From positions 1 to 40,836 of IMG/VR virus record IMGVR_UViG_3300034138_000059: a stretch of DNA of 40,836 nt; one strand, given 5' to 3'. This stretch comes from a virus. The notes beneath the pieces are model-generated. The model was given only the letters and a program-made list of their open reading frames with translations. It was not told the origin of the DNA and ran no database searches. Each line of letters starts with the position of its first letter. Position 1 is the stretch's first letter. Below are positions 39,366-40,836 of the stretch, in pieces. The position numbers were made by a program, and so were the translations under genes.

Positions 39366-39740
39366 ATGGACCGCATCCCCGAGTACGTCGTCACCATCGA
39401 CGAGTTCTGGCTGACCTTCCTGATCGGCACGATCCTGCCGGCCGTGGTCGCCTTCGTGACCCAGCGGTTCGCCTCCGGGTCGGTCAAGGCGCTGACCCTG
39501 CTCGCGCTCTCCCTGGTCACCGGCTGGGCGACCTCGCTCGGCGCCACCGGGGGCGAGTTCGAGCTGAAGGCCGCGCTCGTCGGCTTCATGGTCGCCTTCG
39601 TCTCCGGCACGGCCTCGCACTTCGGGCTCCTGAAGCCCATCGGCGCGACCGGCGCCGACGGCGCCATCGCGAAGGCCGTCCCGGCCGGGATCGGCGGCGG
39701 CGAGCGCGGCCACGACGAGTCCACCTTCCGGAACCTGTGA
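39366..39740 (+). CDS. Holin candidate (124 aa, 3-4 TM helices)
   Basis: Multiple hydrophobic helices. Immediately upstream of and overlapping the endolysin gene. AGAGAGG RBS before the ATG at 39366. The earlier ATG at 39336 abuts the hairpin and has no RBS. Confidence 0.7.
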   Translation: MDRIPEYVVTIDEFWLTFLIGTILPAVVAFVTQRFASGSVKALTLLALSLVTGWATSLGATGGEFELKAALVGFMVAFVSGTASHFGLLKPIGATGADGAIAKAVPAGIGGGERGHDESTFRNL

Positions 39741-40594
39741 CCACGTACCTGCGCCGCTCGGACTGGACGAAGACCGGCCCGGTGCGCGCGCTTCAGCCGC
39801 TCGACCCGGCCACCCTCCGGGGCTTCGCCGTCCACTGGCCGGGTACCTCCGCGCCCCTGGGGAGCCCGCCACCCTCCAGCATCGCCGCCCGGCTGGAGAG
39901 CTACCGGAAGATGCACACGGCCCCTGGGGGGCTCGGGACGGTCGACGGGGCGTCGGACATCGCCTACCAGACGGCGATCGACCAGGAGGGCCGCGTGTGG
40001 CCTCTCCGGGGCGCCACGGCGAAGTCCGGGGCCAACGGGAGCGGCACGACGAACGCCCTCTGGGGCGCCGTACTCCTCCTGCTCGGCCCCGGCGAGGACC
40101 CGAGCCGCCGGCTCGTTCAGGCCGTCCAGGACTACCGGGCCGAGGTCTGGCTCAGGCACTTCCCCAGGGCGACCCGGGTCGTCGGCCACCGGGACCTCCA
40201 CGGCACCACGTGCCCTGGCCCGGAGGTCTACGACCTCGTCAAGTCGGGCGCCTTCGCCCGGCTCCCCCCACTGCCCCCGAGGCCGCCGGCCCCGCCGGCC
40301 AAGACCCCAGCGAAGGAGCCCTCCGTGGCAGAGCTGACCGTGAAGGAGATCCGGGACGCCGTCCTGGGCACCCACTACAAGGAGTACGCCGACGAGAACC
40401 GCGACGGCGTCCGCAACCCGCGGTCCGTGGCCGATTTCATCGTGGCGACGCACGCGAACTCGGTCCAGGCCGAGGAGCGGCTGGCGGCCCTCCAGGACGT
40501 CCTGGTGGCCCGGGACGACGCCCAGATGGCCGTCTTGAAGGAGATCCGAGACGCCCTCGTCCAGCCGGCGCCCAGCCCGAGCCCGGTGGGCTGA
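39737..40594 (+). CDS. Endolysin: N-acetylmuramoyl-L-alanine amidase (PGRP/Amidase_2-like) with Pro-rich linker and uncharacterised C-terminal domain (285 aa)
   Basis: FAVHWPGT...IAYQTAIDQEGRVW...VVGHRDLHGTTCPG match the zinc-amidase signature. PPLPPRPPAPPAKTPAK linker. GTGA overlap with the holin gene. Confidence 0.85.
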   Translation: MTTYLRRSDWTKTGPVRALQPLDPATLRGFAVHWPGTSAPLGSPPPSSIAARLESYRKMHTAPGGLGTVDGASDIAYQTAIDQEGRVWPLRGATAKSGANGSGTTNALWGAVLLLLGPGEDPSRRLVQAVQDYRAEVWLRHFPRATRVVGHRDLHGTTCPGPEVYDLVKSGAFARLPPLPPRPPAPPAKTPAKEPSVAELTVKEIRDAVLGTHYKEYADENRDGVRNPRSVADFIVATHANSVQAEERLAALQDVLVARDDAQMAVLKEIRDALVQPAPSPSPVG

Positions 40595-40680
40595 CCAGCG
40601 CCACCTCGACTCCGAGTCGACCTCGCCCTACCCTGGACCCGTCGACGGGACATCGACGCTCGGTTCCGGCTCCAGAGCAC

Positions 40681-40720
40681 GAAGCGGCCCCGGCCTCCTG
40701 ATGGAGGTCGGGGCCGCTTC
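40681..40720. terminator. Strong bidirectional terminator hairpin between the lysis cassette and the convergent int-side operon
   Basis: GAAGCGGCCCCGGCCTCC, TGAT loop, GGAGGTCGGGGCCGCTTC. 18-bp stem with one G-U pair. It spans the start of the terminal repeat. Confidence 0.85.
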
Positions 40721-40836
40721 GTCGTTCCCGGGGTCACTGCCGGCGCCTCCGGCGGGTCGCGGGTGCGTACCGCTCGGCCAGCTCGGCCCGGAGGTCGTCG
40801 CGCTCTCCCGACGAGAGGCGCCCGGTGCCCTTCGGC
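40710..40836. repeat. Right copy of the exact 127-bp terminal direct repeat. It contains a truncated duplicate (40734..40836, minus strand) of the 3' end of gene 25..339.
   Basis: Identical to bases 1-127 when read base by base. Confidence 0.97.

Larger units (their letters stand above)
1..40709. mobile_element. One unit length of a temperate siphovirus-like actinophage genome (integrase, repressor, replication, HK97-like head, long-tail and lysis modules)
   Basis: Full complement of phage modules in canonical order. The window ends overlap by an exact 127-bp repeat, so the sequence closes on itself. Confidence 0.85.

Noticed and set aside
40375-40737. Minus-strand ORF 40375..40737, whose internal ATG lies in the third 19-mer copy
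   Set aside because: It is antisense to the well-supported amidase gene, and its translation is Arg/Gly-rich. The MSR opening is a by-product of the repeated motif.

Overview
This window looks like one complete genome of a temperate, siphovirus-type phage from a high-GC actinobacterium (about 70% G+C by eye, not computed). Bases 1-127 repeat exactly at 40710-40836, so the unique unit is about 40,709 bp. That repeat is either a circular-assembly overlap or terminal redundancy.

Layout:
1. Leftward (minus-strand) arm, 25-8760. It holds a tyrosine integrase with a translationally coupled small Cys/His protein, a lipoprotein, and a five-gene 4-bp-overlap cassette containing a YdjM/DUF457-like membrane hydrolase. 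It also holds a block resembling the transfer module of actinomycete conjugative elements: a DUF2637-like membrane protein, small membrane proteins, an 804-aa FtsK/SpoIIIE/TraB-like translocase and an Xis-type HTH.
2. Divergent control region, 8761-8922.
3. Six small rightward early genes ending at a strong terminator.
4. Minus-strand island, 10603-11752, with an XRE-type repressor plus a Pro-rich membrane protein, followed by a second control region at 11753-12106.
5. Replication and recombination genes: atypical WhiB-like protein, SF2 helicase, PD-(D/E)XK exonuclease, primase-polymerase/helicase fusion and RuvC-like resolvase.
6. HNH endonuclease, a cos-like gap, terminase small and large subunits, portal, HK97-type protease and capsid, neck, tail tube, chaperones, tape measure and minor tail proteins.
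7. Lysis cassette.

Non-coding signals I consider most notable:
- A dense array of TG(C/T)GTCGG 8-mers directly 3' of the translocase gene, which resembles a clt locus.
- A GGTACC-rich iteron array directly 3' of the primase-helicase gene, a putative origin.
- A 19-mer present three times that shares a CGATGTCCC core with 9-bp repeat arrays in the control regions, resembling stoperators.
- A conserved 22-nt element upstream of two unrelated genes.

No tRNA, rRNA or CRISPR array was found. All functional calls come from reading motifs in the translations; no database search was possible. Many long Arg/Pro/Gly-rich ORFs in the track are treated as high-GC artefacts.
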